Shown here: in pieces, positions 52,978 through 62,411 of the stretch
How positions within the stretch are numbered: position 1 is the first letter of the stretch
Layout: each line of letters begins with the position of its first letter
Virus record (IMG/VR): IMGVR_UViG_3300031992_004563
Span: 128,001-192,000 of that record
Source: a virus
Lineage: Duplodnaviria; Heunggongvirae; Uroviricota; Caudoviricetes
Length of the DNA: 64,000 nucleotides
Strand: one strand, 5' to 3'
Made by a program: the position numbers and the translations under genes
The notes under the pieces: generated by a model
The model's input: the letters and a program-made list of their open reading frames with translations, nothing else
Told to the model about the DNA's origin: nothing
The model's database searches: none

Positions 52978-53733
52978 ATGGCAAGTTCAAAATATAAATT
53001 TGATATGAATATAGGGCATTATGTTCTATTATTAGAAGGTGAAGCACCTTAGGCTGATGGAACACAAGAACAAACTCAAGATCAATAGAATCAAGAACAA
53101 CAAAAACCACAAGTTCAACCTATTAATCTTGATTCTGAAGATGTTGTTAAAATGCGTCAAGAAAAAGAAAATGTTATTAAACAATTATAGGAAACTATTA
53201 CAAAGAAAACTAATAACGTTATTCAATGCCAATAGGTTGTAGCCAATTTATAGAATAGTGAAAATGCAGAACAGACTCAAATAAATGATGCATAGAAAAC
53301 TCTTATTCAAGCAATGAAAGAAGTGTCAGATGCTAAATTTAATTTAGCTAAAAAGGCTAATGAATATGATAATAAAATATATCAATTATAGGCTAAACTT
53401 GTTGAATCAATTCAAATAGCGAGAGATACTCTTCCTGAAAAGTATCAAGGACTAAATGAGTCAAACGTTCAAAATGCTAAAGTATATATTACTAAAATAT
53501 TTGAAAATGACTATCAACAAAGAATAAAAGGAATGATTGATTTTAAAAAGGCATTTGCAAATTCTAATCTTTTATATGGAAAAGATAAAGATGGTTATTT
53601 TGTAGTATGTCTTGATCAAGATGATTTAAATAAATTAACAAACACTTTAATTGAAATTGGTTATGATAAAGATGAAATTTATGGTGTTGTTTTAAGCCAA
53701 ATGTTTGATAGAAGTGATTTAGTAAAAGCGTAA
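52978..53733 (+). CDS. Q-rich coiled-coil late protein (TAG=Q)
   Basis: TAG codons embedded in CAA-rich runs; single frame. Confidence 0.75.
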
Positions 53734-53742
53734 TTAATAACT

Positions 53743-54096
53743 ATGGATAAGAAGAAATTATACGAATCAATAATGAGTTCAGTTGCTAAAGAAGTTAAGA
53801 AAGCTCTTAATGAAGAATGGACAGAAGAAGATGAAGAAGAAGCTCAAGAAAGAGCTGAAGATGAGCATGATGAATATTTAAAAAATCAAATAAATGATAT
53901 GATTAATGGATATTCATTAGATGACTTATTAGCTGATTGGAAAGGTGAATTAGAAGATGAAGATGATTCAAGATCTATTCCTGATAGAATAACTGAAACT
54001 ATATTAGATAATTATCAAGAACCACGTAGATGGAATGTATATGATTATGTGGTTGATACAATTGAAAGCGTATTAAAAGAAAATAATATGATATAA
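53743..54096 (+). CDS. Leader-bearing acidic protein
   Basis: MDKKKLYESIMSSVAKEVKKALNE. Confidence 0.8.
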   Translation: MDKKKLYESIMSSVAKEVKKALNEEWTEEDEEEAQERAEDEHDEYLKNQINDMINGYSLDDLLADWKGELEDEDDSRSIPDRITETILDNYQEPRRWNVYDYVVDTIESVLKENNMI

Positions 54097-54100
54097 TTTT

Positions 54101-54661
54101 ATGAATAAAGAAGAATTAACACAAAAAATTATGAGAGGGCTTAGTGAATCTCTTAATGAATCAAAAGCTCTTGATCTTAAAGAAAATAAAGATCATAAAG
54201 CTGCATATAATAGTTTTGTTAAATGGTATAATCGTTGGAAAGAAAAACTTGGACGCGAAGAAATCCGTGCATTAGTTAAAAAGGTGACAAATGATGCGCT
54301 TGGGGATAATCTTGATATGATTAATGAATCTAGCATTCCTGGTCCAGAAGATGATCATTTAGCATTTGATTTATTTTTAACATTCCAAAATACACGTGAA
54401 TTATATGATTTATCAAAACCAATGGTTGATAATTTAGTTAAACATTTAAGAAAAGGTGAAGAATTATCTATTGATATTTTAGCAGCATCTTCTGTAGTAG
54501 AAAAATATGCAAAAGCAACTATTGAAGAATATAAAAGATCTGTTGATGGTGCTCCAAGTTTTGTTAATACATCAACAAGAAAAAATCTTAAACGTAGAAT
54601 TGCACAGGATTTAATTAATGATGCTAAAGATGATTATGCATTTGAATTGCATGATATGTAA
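54101..54661 (+). CDS. Leader-like hypothetical protein
   Basis: ELTQKIMRGLSESLNES; further LKE and INE sites. Confidence 0.75.
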   Translation: MNKEELTQKIMRGLSESLNESKALDLKENKDHKAAYNSFVKWYNRWKEKLGREEIRALVKKVTNDALGDNLDMINESSIPGPEDDHLAFDLFLTFQNTRELYDLSKPMVDNLVKHLRKGEELSIDILAASSVVEKYAKATIEEYKRSVDGAPSFVNTSTRKNLKRRIAQDLINDAKDDYAFELHDM

Positions 54662-54729
54662 TAAAAATAATAAGATAATTAGTTTATTAAAAACATAAAA
54701 ACATTTCACTAGAATGCATCTAAATAATA

Positions 54730-54765
54730 AAAAGAGGAACCTTAATTAAGATTCCTCTTTATTTT
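54730..54765. terminator. Bidirectional terminator
   Basis: AAAGAGGAA...TTCCTCTTT between convergent genes. Confidence 0.7.
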
Positions 54766-55254
54766 TTACCATAATTTAATAACTACACATATTACTGTAA
54801 GTGCAATCCAAATAAACCACCTTAGAATTCCCCATAGAAAATTATGCGGGTAAAATTGCAATCCCTCTGGATAAATTACATAAGATCCATGTTCTCCAGT
54901 ATCTGTCAATGTTTCACGAAGTTTCATCAATGTATTGGTTTTCTCAAGGGTAGATGTACTATCAGGAAGATTAAGCAACTCTTGACGGGATGCACATAAA
55001 TTGTTATACCAATACTCAACATCCTCATCAGGTGTTCTGTAAATCACTGATGTGTAGCCGGTTGTATAGCCTTTAGCCTCTGCATACTGAATAGCTGTAT
55101 TAAGCTCTTTGACTGCCAACTCAACTGTATTTGCATTAGCTGCTCGCTCTAGACGTCCAGAACAATTCTGCTTAAAATCAATACGCTTGTAAATAACTGC
55201 ACCTGTTCCAACAAGTGCCAAAATTGCTAGTAAAATAATTGTAAATTGTTTCAT
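54766..55254 (-). CDS. Two-TM membrane protein
   Basis: Hydrophobic N- and C-terminal helices. Confidence 0.75.
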   Translation of the reverse strand: MKQFTIILLAILALVGTGAVIYKRIDFKQNCSGRLERAANANTVELAVKELNTAIQYAEAKGYTTGYTSVIYRTPDEDVEYWYNNLCASRQELLNLPDSTSTLEKTNTLMKLRETLTDTGEHGSYVIYPEGLQFYPHNFLWGILRWFIWIALTVICVVIKLW

Positions 55255-55258
55255 AATT

Positions 55259-55567
55259 TTAATTAATTTTGATTTGTTTTAAAGTATAAATTTTATAAAC
55301 CTCTCCATTATTTCGAGAAATTACAATATCCATTTCAGAATGCATTCCGTGCATATGCCTATTCAAATTGTCATATGACACTTTATATTGATGTTTATCA
55401 CATTTGTTTTCGACAATAGATCTAATACGATTAATTGCCTCTACCCTATTGTGATAAACAATATTGTCAACAAGTGTATCAGACACAATAAGTTTGTGAG
55501 AATCTGAAACAAGACCTCTGATGACCTTTAATTTTTCAGTTTTGACTTTAATGATATATCCAGACAT
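55259..55567 (-). CDS. Hypothetical protein
   Basis: 102-aa ORF. Confidence 0.65.
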   Translation of the reverse strand: MSGYIIKVKTEKLKVIRGLVSDSHKLIVSDTLVDNIVYHNRVEAINRIRSIVENKCDKHQYKVSYDNLNRHMHGMHSEMDIVISRNNGEVYKIYTLKQIKIN

Positions 55568-55617
55568 AAATTTATTCCTCTATATTTTTAAGATTAACAC
55601 CGTCAACTTTATTACAA

Positions 55618-55944
55618 TTATGCTGGTTTAACACGAATAAGAATTTGATCCAAACCTGTACGTTCATCCTTTTGCCACACATACTCAACAATATTCCAAC
55701 CGGCTTCCTCAATTTCTGATTTAAAAGCCTTTTCAGTATCTTGAGCAACCAGGCATCTGTCAACGTTTACCCAAATGGAAATCATACCACCTCCGCACAT
55801 ATCCAAATGCTCACAGCCTTTACTGATAACCTTGTGTCGAAACTCTGTTGCATTAGTTATTTCCTTTTGAAGCAAACTATTGAAAATATCAATAAGTTCA
55901 TCAACACTGTACAAAAACTGATTTGCAGAAATTACTTTACTCAT
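55618..55944 (-). CDS. Hypothetical protein
   Basis: 108 aa; first gene after a class I promoter. Confidence 0.7.
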   Translation of the reverse strand: MSKVISANQFLYSVDELIDIFNSLLQKEITNATEFRHKVISKGCEHLDMCGGGMISIWVNVDRCLVAQDTEKAFKSEIEEAGWNIVEYVWQKDERTGLDQILIRVKPA

Positions 55945-55982
55945 AATTTTAAATATTTTAAAGGGTTATTATTTTTAATTTC

Positions 55983-56026
55983 GGTGCAAAATTAATACTT
56001 TTTTCTTAAACTAAAAAATAGAAGTT
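55983..56026 (-). promoter_or_regulatory. Class I (early) promoter, identical to 56233..56276
   Basis: 44-bp perfect direct repeat. Confidence 0.8.
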
Positions 56027-56031
56027 TATAT

Positions 56032-56211
56032 TTAAAAATCATTCATTGATTCACAATGCCAATCTTCCGTAGTTGAAATCACTTCATTACCTAATTTTAA
56101 TTCAACCTTTATTACATCAAATGTATCATAATGATCATTCCATTTTTCATTACGAGAAATTTCAATAGAAAGATTTTCCTTTAAAAATTTGATTAATTCA
56201 TCCTTATTCAT
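56032..56211 (-). CDS. Small hypothetical protein
   Basis: MNKDELIKFLKENLSIEI..IKVELKLGNEVIST, 59 aa. Confidence 0.7.
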   Translation of the reverse strand: MNKDELIKFLKENLSIEISRNEKWNDHYDTFDVIKVELKLGNEVISTTEDWHCESMNDF

Positions 56212-56232
56212 ATTTGTTTATTTTTTAATTTT

Positions 56233-56276
56233 GGTGCAAAATTAATACTTTTTTCTTAAACTAAAAAATAGAAGTT
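56233..56276 (-). promoter_or_regulatory. Class I (early) promoter
   Basis: Reverse complement reads AACTTCTATTTTTTAG...TATTAATTTTGCACC. Confidence 0.8.
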
Positions 56277-56350
56277 AAAAAGCAGTAAAGTTTCACAACT
56301 TCACTGCTCCAAAAAAGTTTCAATTAAAAATGAAACATTACATTGTTTCA

Positions 56351-58732
56351 TTATTTCAAGAACCCAAGCTCGTACACCATTGGTCTCATTTTATCTGCAA
56401 GTTGTTTATAAACATCTTTAAATTCCTTAAGCAAATCTGGTGCAAATTCCTTACATAATAATTTGATTTGATAGAATCCACAATCCCAATTATTAATTTG
56501 CGCTTCCGGCATTATATCATTGAATAATTCTCGATATTTGAAAGTTTTTCTAACAATATCACACGCTTTGTCAAGAACTGCTTGTGCTTCTGGTGTTAAT
56601 TCAATTTCCTGAAGTTTTTTATAAACAAATCTTTCTGGAGATGTATGTGCATCATTATAGCAATCATCATTATTGTATTCATTTGCAAGCGATTCAATTT
56701 CAGATTTTGACATCCAGAAAAATTCATTTTTAATATTTTTTAATGAAACTTGAGAAACAAAATTAGCAAATATAAATGCATCATTTAAAAATTCTTCATA
56801 TTTTTTATTAGTTTCATCTGGAGCCAAATATTCATCTTTATCATTTATCCAATTTGCATTATGTAATACATGCAATGCATAAAAAGCTGCAGCCTCTTTA
56901 CAATTTTCTGGTAATGTTAAATAACGACCGCCGGTAGTTCCACTGTAAAAAATATTACTATAATTAAAACCACTTAATGTATTAGCAATAATACCTATTG
57001 TATTTTCATTTACATTTGCTAATTTATCATTTGGTTTTATTGGTGTAGTATTATAACAAATATGTTTTATTGTGCGTTTAGGTTTTCCATTTGTTTTTGA
57101 ATATAACCAATCTTCCATTGATTTTTTGTTATCTTTATTATAAAGTATTTTACTGTCAACAATTTCAATATTTTGTCCAATAACATCAACTACGTTATGT
57201 TTAAAATCATTTTTATTTTTAGTTTCTCCATTAGACCATATATTAAATGTAATTCCCCATGCACTAGAAACATTTGCAAAATTAGATGCTTGAAATAAAA
57301 TACCAGATTTATATTCAAAATTATTCAATAAAATATTTCTAAATTTTATATATGACGATTTTGTTATAAATGATGGCTTACAAAATAATGCAATATGGCA
57401 ATTAGTAAGATTAAATTTTTGTTTAAATGTTATAATACGATATAAAAATTGATTATAAATTTCATTATATCCATCAATTTTATCTAAAATCATTTTATTT
57501 TTAATAATAGTTGAACCATTACCTTTGCCTTCTCCGAATATTGCGCCATTACATGCATACGGCGGGTTTAATAGAAAAACCAAAGGTTTATTCTGCTCAA
57601 ATGCTTCCAATAATCCTTTTGGCAATTTCTCTAAATCATCATTCAAGAAATCATATTGAAAACTCGTAGCCTCAGGATTATATTTCTTTCCAATCTCTAA
57701 CTCAGCCTCTTCCAATGTCGAACAATACAACTCTTTGAATCGATAATCTCGTGTCAAATTCTTTGTTCCACAACAATTGTCCCATACCACATATTGATCT
57801 TTCCAATCTGGCCCAAGTGCATCTTCAAGCATCTTATGTGCATAGTCAACAAACAAAGTCGGCGTATAAAACTCACCTTTGTTTCGTCTATTTGTATCTT
57901 CAATTAATCTGTCACTAATCTCTGCAAATTTATTCTTTTCAACAGGAGAATATTTTCTTGCATAATGACTGAAGAATGCATTAAAGTTTCTGTCATTCAC
58001 TCTGATATTTCCATGCGGTGTCACTAAGATTCCCTTCTTGCTTGGGTGCATATAAAATGCATCATCATTTGTTATACAACCAATAAAGACACTCACAATA
58101 TCATTAGCGGAAACTTTCTTCATATCAGTAATAACATTCTTACAGAAATAATCATATATATTACTGATATTATGTTCAGTGATATGCACATATCTTTTTA
58201 TATTTTCTGACAAATCATTTATCTTTTCAATAATAGAATCAAATTGGAAATTTTCATCAATCTTGAATACAAATGGATTCAATGTTTCATCATTAGAAAT
58301 TTCAAGCACAAGATCTGGATTTTTCTCAGCTGCGCCAGATGGTGCAGTCTTCCAATCCAAATCTTTATCGAGATACTTGACAATCTCATTAGTGTGCATA
58401 ATAAAACATTCATTAATATCACCAATCAAAATAACATTTGGAATAATATCTCCATTATTCTCAAATCGTTTCAAATAAAACAAAACTTGAGTGATGACTT
58501 TAGCCTGTGACACTTTAGAATTGAAATCATAATCATATTTGTATTCCATGATTAGTTTCAAATTATCTTTAGTGATTAATCCATCACAAGCATAAGGGTG
58601 CTCTATTTGAACATCCTTAAAATAATTTTGAAGAAACTCATTGTAAATATCTTCTACCTCACGTTCAATTTTAGAATAATGAACTTTGTCGTAAAATTTT
58701 GATTTGGTTCTAAAATGTTTGTCTAATTGCAT
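56351..58732 (-). CDS. Type IIG-like fused endonuclease / N6-adenine methyltransferase
   Basis: CDGL..IMEYK (PD-(D/E)xK-like), GEFYTP, VWDNCCGT, NPPY. Confidence 0.75.
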   Translation of the reverse strand: MQLDKHFRTKSKFYDKVHYSKIEREVEDIYNEFLQNYFKDVQIEHPYACDGLITKDNLKLIMEYKYDYDFNSKVSQAKVITQVLFYLKRFENNGDIIPNVILIGDINECFIMHTNEIVKYLDKDLDWKTAPSGAAEKNPDLVLEISNDETLNPFVFKIDENFQFDSIIEKINDLSENIKRYVHITEHNISNIYDYFCKNVITDMKKVSANDIVSVFIGCITNDDAFYMHPSKKGILVTPHGNIRVNDRNFNAFFSHYARKYSPVEKNKFAEISDRLIEDTNRRNKGEFYTPTLFVDYAHKMLEDALGPDWKDQYVVWDNCCGTKNLTRDYRFKELYCSTLEEAELEIGKKYNPEATSFQYDFLNDDLEKLPKGLLEAFEQNKPLVFLLNPPYACNGAIFGEGKGNGSTIIKNKMILDKIDGYNEIYNQFLYRIITFKQKFNLTNCHIALFCKPSFITKSSYIKFRNILLNNFEYKSGILFQASNFANVSSAWGITFNIWSNGETKNKNDFKHNVVDVIGQNIEIVDSKILYNKDNKKSMEDWLYSKTNGKPKRTIKHICYNTTPIKPNDKLANVNENTIGIIANTLSGFNYSNIFYSGTTGGRYLTLPENCKEAAAFYALHVLHNANWINDKDEYLAPDETNKKYEEFLNDAFIFANFVSQVSLKNIKNEFFWMSKSEIESLANEYNNDDCYNDAHTSPERFVYKKLQEIELTPEAQAVLDKACDIVRKTFKYRELFNDIMPEAQINNWDCGFYQIKLLCKEFAPDLLKEFKDVYKQLADKMRPMVYELGFLK

Positions 58733-58805
58733 ATTGTTTAGATTTTAATTCCAATATATTATATATTAAAAAGGGGAATATGTTTATCCCTCTTTATAAA
58801 TTTAT

Positions 58806-59321
58806 TTAATAGTTTTTAGTTTTCCTAATGTATTTATATGATTTTGTATATACATGTTTGATTGAAATATGCAAAAAAATATCTTTTGGCAATGTATATC
58901 CATTCATGCGATACCATGTATCATTATATTGGCGTCTTGCATTTTTTATCGTATCTATTGTTCGATTTTGTTCAATAAAATAATATATTGGATACTTTTC
59001 ATAATTTTCAGCAGATGCTGTTGGACGAATAGTATAAATATTTGTTTTATCTATACCAAGAGATTCTGCGCATTGTTCAGCATCTTCCAAATTTGTATAA
59101 AATGTATATATATTTTTAGAATTAAGTGTGTTTTGCCTTCGCCAACCTTTTAATTTTGTAATTTTTCCAATAACCACATCTTTTTTCTTTATTATACTTC
59201 CATATGGAACAGTATTATCTTTATTATCTGTTGAATGTAATGCATCTTTATACAATTTAATTGCGTTTACAATTTCAGATTCAGTTCCTTCAAAAATGAT
59301 ATTGTCAAATATTGCTTTCAT
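58806..59321 (-). CDS. Hypothetical protein
   Basis: 171 aa after a class I promoter. Confidence 0.7.
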   Translation of the reverse strand: MKAIFDNIIFEGTESEIVNAIKLYKDALHSTDNKDNTVPYGSIIKKKDVVIGKITKLKGWRRQNTLNSKNIYTFYTNLEDAEQCAESLGIDKTNIYTIRPTASAENYEKYPIYYFIEQNRTIDTIKNARRQYNDTWYRMNGYTLPKDIFLHISIKHVYTKSYKYIRKTKNY

Positions 59322-59359
59322 ATATAATTTAATTATTAGTTAATATTATTTTTTAATTA

Positions 59360-59404
59360 CAATGCAAAATTAATACTTTTTATTCAAACTAAAAAATAGA
59401 AGCT
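59360..59404 (-). promoter_or_regulatory. Class I (early) promoter
   Basis: Reverse complement reads AGCTTCTATTTTTTAG...TATTAATTTTGCATTG. Confidence 0.75.
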
Positions 59405-59635
59405 TTAATTATTTGAAGAATCTAAACCATGTTCAGCTTTATATGTTAACACTTTATTTAAAATTTCTGGAGTGAATTTATGAATTTCTATTAGTGACAT
59501 TTTTCTTTTCAATTCATTTCCTATTTTTAGATATTTGTCTATTGTTTCTATATTGTTATAGATTCCATATTTCATTGCATATTCTAATGATTCTACACTG
59601 TTATTTAATATATTTTTATTATAAATTATAAATCA

Positions 59636-59668
59636 AAAAGAGGAACTAGTTTATTTAGTTCCTCTTTT
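59636..59668 (-). terminator. Intrinsic terminator
   Basis: AAAAGAGGAACTA...TAGTTCCTCTTTT. Confidence 0.7.
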
Positions 59669-60314
59669 AAATTATGCATTCAACATCATCATTCAATAAT
59701 ATATTTCCATTGCTGTCTTTTATTTGTTTTAATACTATAGTTTCTCCAGATTTTAATGTTAATTCAGTTTCATCTGGGTCTATAAGATTAGAAATAATTG
59801 TTTCTGCCCAGTCAACATTATCTGGATGAACAACTCCATACAAAATTATATTTTCTCTATTTTGCGAATCTATTGCATTTGCATTTCCTTCTTCAAATGC
59901 CCAATATTTTCCAAGCGAATTATGAATAATTGTTTCAACTATTTCAGAATTATTTTTACCATTATAGTTCTTAATATACAATCCTCGCTCACAGTATATA
60001 AATCCATCACCATCTAGTTTAAAACTTGTTATGCCTTCTGGAATTTCATCTATAAAAACATTTTTACAATATTCTTCAAAATCTTTATTGTATTCTACAT
60101 CACCATAATCAATATCATTTTCTTCAGCATATTGTTCTTCAACCCATGATCCTTCTAAAATATTAAATTTTGGGCAATGAAATAATTCAGCTTTATCTAT
60201 ATAATCATATAAATCATGTGGAGATGATATATTTTCATTCAAAGCCTTCTTAACCTATTTTGCAATAGCTCTCATTATAGATTCATATAAAGCTTTATTA
60301 TTAGTTTTTTTCAT
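59667..60314 (-). CDS. Leader-bearing acidic protein (TAG=Q extends N-terminus)
   Basis: MKKTNNKALYESIMRAIAKQVKKALNE; C-domain YCERGL..SLGKYWA..ETELTL. Confidence 0.8.
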
Positions 60315-60333
60315 GTTTATATAAAATATGTTT

Positions 60334-60720
60334 TTATAATATACGATATCCTCCTATACTTTTTTTATCATAAGGATAAGAACTTGTATATGGCTCAGGA
60401 CCATAGTCTTTAGTCCAATCACCAGTTTTATGACTATTAGGTATTTGAGGTTTCCAGTCATCAACGGTGTATCCGCCACCACCACTACTATGCCTCCAAT
60501 TTGCTTTTGAATACCCACTAACAGCTGGTGGCATATTTTGTTCTCGCATATGATGAGCAAAATTAAACATATTTTCGGTATTACAATACTCAACATTCCA
60601 GTTAGAAATATCTTCACTAAAATCAGATGCAGCAAACATTTCACTCATATCATTTACATTATAAATATCCCAATTATGAATCGTCCTATTAAATTTTGAC
60701 ATATAAAACATTTTCCGCAT
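60334..60720 (-). CDS. DUF285-repeat fragment with low-complexity tail
   Basis: NMRKMFYMSKFN..WDIYNVNDMSEMF..DISNWNV; start uncertain. Confidence 0.6.
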   Translation of the reverse strand: MRKMFYMSKFNRTIHNWDIYNVNDMSEMFAASDFSEDISNWNVEYCNTENMFNFAHHMREQNMPPAVSGYSKANWRHSSGGGGYTVDDWKPQIPNSHKTGDWTKDYGPEPYTSSYPYDKKSIGGYRIL

Positions 60721-60724
60721 ATTT

Positions 60725-61741
60725 TTACATAATATCTGGATCTCGTTCTGGGCGTACACGATTATAAGATCCACCACCACGTGGCCATTGCCATGAAGAT
60801 GGTATTGATGGTTTTGGATAACCACTTTTACTATAATTTATTTCTTCATTTTCAATAGTCAAATGATCTACATATACGTTATGTCCATAAACCTTGCCAC
60901 GTCTATTAACTGTACAGCTTTTTACTTCAGCACCAACAACTTCAGCATCATTACGCAAATATGATTTTCCATATACTTTCGCAGACTAACAAACAACTGA
61001 TTCATCTGTCATTACAGAATCATCAAATAATTCAGAATTACCTGTAATTTTTGATTTTCCGCTCATATGTGCATTTCCATATACTTTAGCATTATCTTCT
61101 ACACGAGCATAATCCTCTAGAACAGCATTTCCAAATACGTGTGCATTTCCAGCTACTATTGAATTACCATAGAGTCGAGCATTTTCATCAACAATGGCGT
61201 GATCAATGATTTTTGCATCATCATATACCCATGCATTTCCTGATAGATTTTTTTCACTTTCAACAAAACCACCTTTATCGCCCTTTTTAACTCCTAATTC
61301 CGGCATATCGGCCGTTGCTTCAATTCGATATAATATATTTGTTACATCATATGGCCTATAAACATCACATTTTAATCGTATAGTCTCATCTGTTAATTTA
61401 AATTTAGGACCAAGTTTCTATATGCTTATATATTTTTTCATAAATGGCAAGTTTTTGGTAATAAATTTTACAATTCTTTTTTGTAATTTTTCGTCATTCG
61501 TTGCATCACCGACAAATGTAAACCTTTTAGGATTATATCTATCAATATACATTAATGATTTTTCATAATCATCAAAAATAAAACCAACATGATACAAACC
61601 TTTATAACTTGTCCAAAATTTAAATTCGCCATCAGAAAATCTATAATTTTCACCATAATTTTCATTTAATGCTTTTTTAACTTCTTTAGCAACAGATGCC
61701 ATTATACTTTCATATAAAGCTTTTTTATTATCTTTTTTCAT
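60725..61741 (-). CDS. Leader + phage left-handed beta-helix protein, 338 aa (TAG=Q)
   Basis: Joins three track ORFs; KFKLTDET..LYRIEA..GDKGGFVESEKNLSGNAWVY plus hexapeptide repeats. Confidence 0.85.
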
Positions 61742-61777
61742 AATATTATTAATTATTTTATTTACAATATATTTATT

Positions 61778-61811
61778 AAAAAGAGGAACTAATTCATTTT
61801 AGTTCCTCTTT
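61778..61811 (-). terminator. Intrinsic terminator
   Basis: AAAAGAGGAACTAA...TTAGTTCCTCTTT after nrdG. Confidence 0.7.
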
Positions 61812-61836
61812 CATTTTATATTTTATTATTTGACAT

Positions 61837-62352
61837 TTATTTAACATCTAATAGGATAACTTCACCTTTTTCTCTAGTCTTTTTCAAATCAATCACTCTT
61901 TGATTAGAACTTCCTCTGAATGCCAAATCAGGATCTCTCAGAGCTAATATAAATGGTCCGTCAACCATAACATCACATTTATCTAAAATTTGTTTTTTAA
62001 TTGGATGCAACATATCTGATTCATATGTTGCTCCTGAATAAACCCAAATATCTTTTTCAGGAAATATTTCTTTATATTTTGTAATAAATGCTAATAATTC
62101 ATTTAAAGATTCATCTGTTTGTGAGAATGGATCACCACCAGCTAATGTAATGCCTGATATATATTCTTTATCTACTTCTTTAAATATCTTACTAATAACT
62201 CCTGGTTTAATAAGTGGAGTGCCTTGATTATAATCCCAAGTATGTTGATTATGACATCCTACGCATCTATGTGAACATCCTGCAAACCAAATTGTTACTC
62301 TATTTCCCAAACCATTCTCAACATCTGGCGTTGTAATTGTTAAAACTCGCAT
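61837..62352 (-). CDS. nrdG: Anaerobic ribonucleotide reductase activase
   Basis: NGLGNR, GCSHRCVGC (CxxxCxxC), GGDP, DGPF, FRGSSNQR. Confidence 0.95.
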   Translation of the reverse strand: MRVLTITTPDVENGLGNRVTIWFAGCSHRCVGCHNQHTWDYNQGTPLIKPGVISKIFKEVDKEYISGITLAGGDPFSQTDESLNELLAFITKYKEIFPEKDIWVYSGATYESDMLHPIKKQILDKCDVMVDGPFILALRDPDLAFRGSSNQRVIDLKKTREKGEVILLDVK

Positions 62353-62411
62353 ACGCAATTAAATTGTAAAATTTTATTGTTTCGGTTTCTCTCTAAATAT
62401 TTATTATACCA

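Noticed and set aside
43213-53733. Fragmented ORFs read as pseudogenes
   Set aside because: All interruptions are TAG in a single frame, including at conserved Gln positions; recoding explains them
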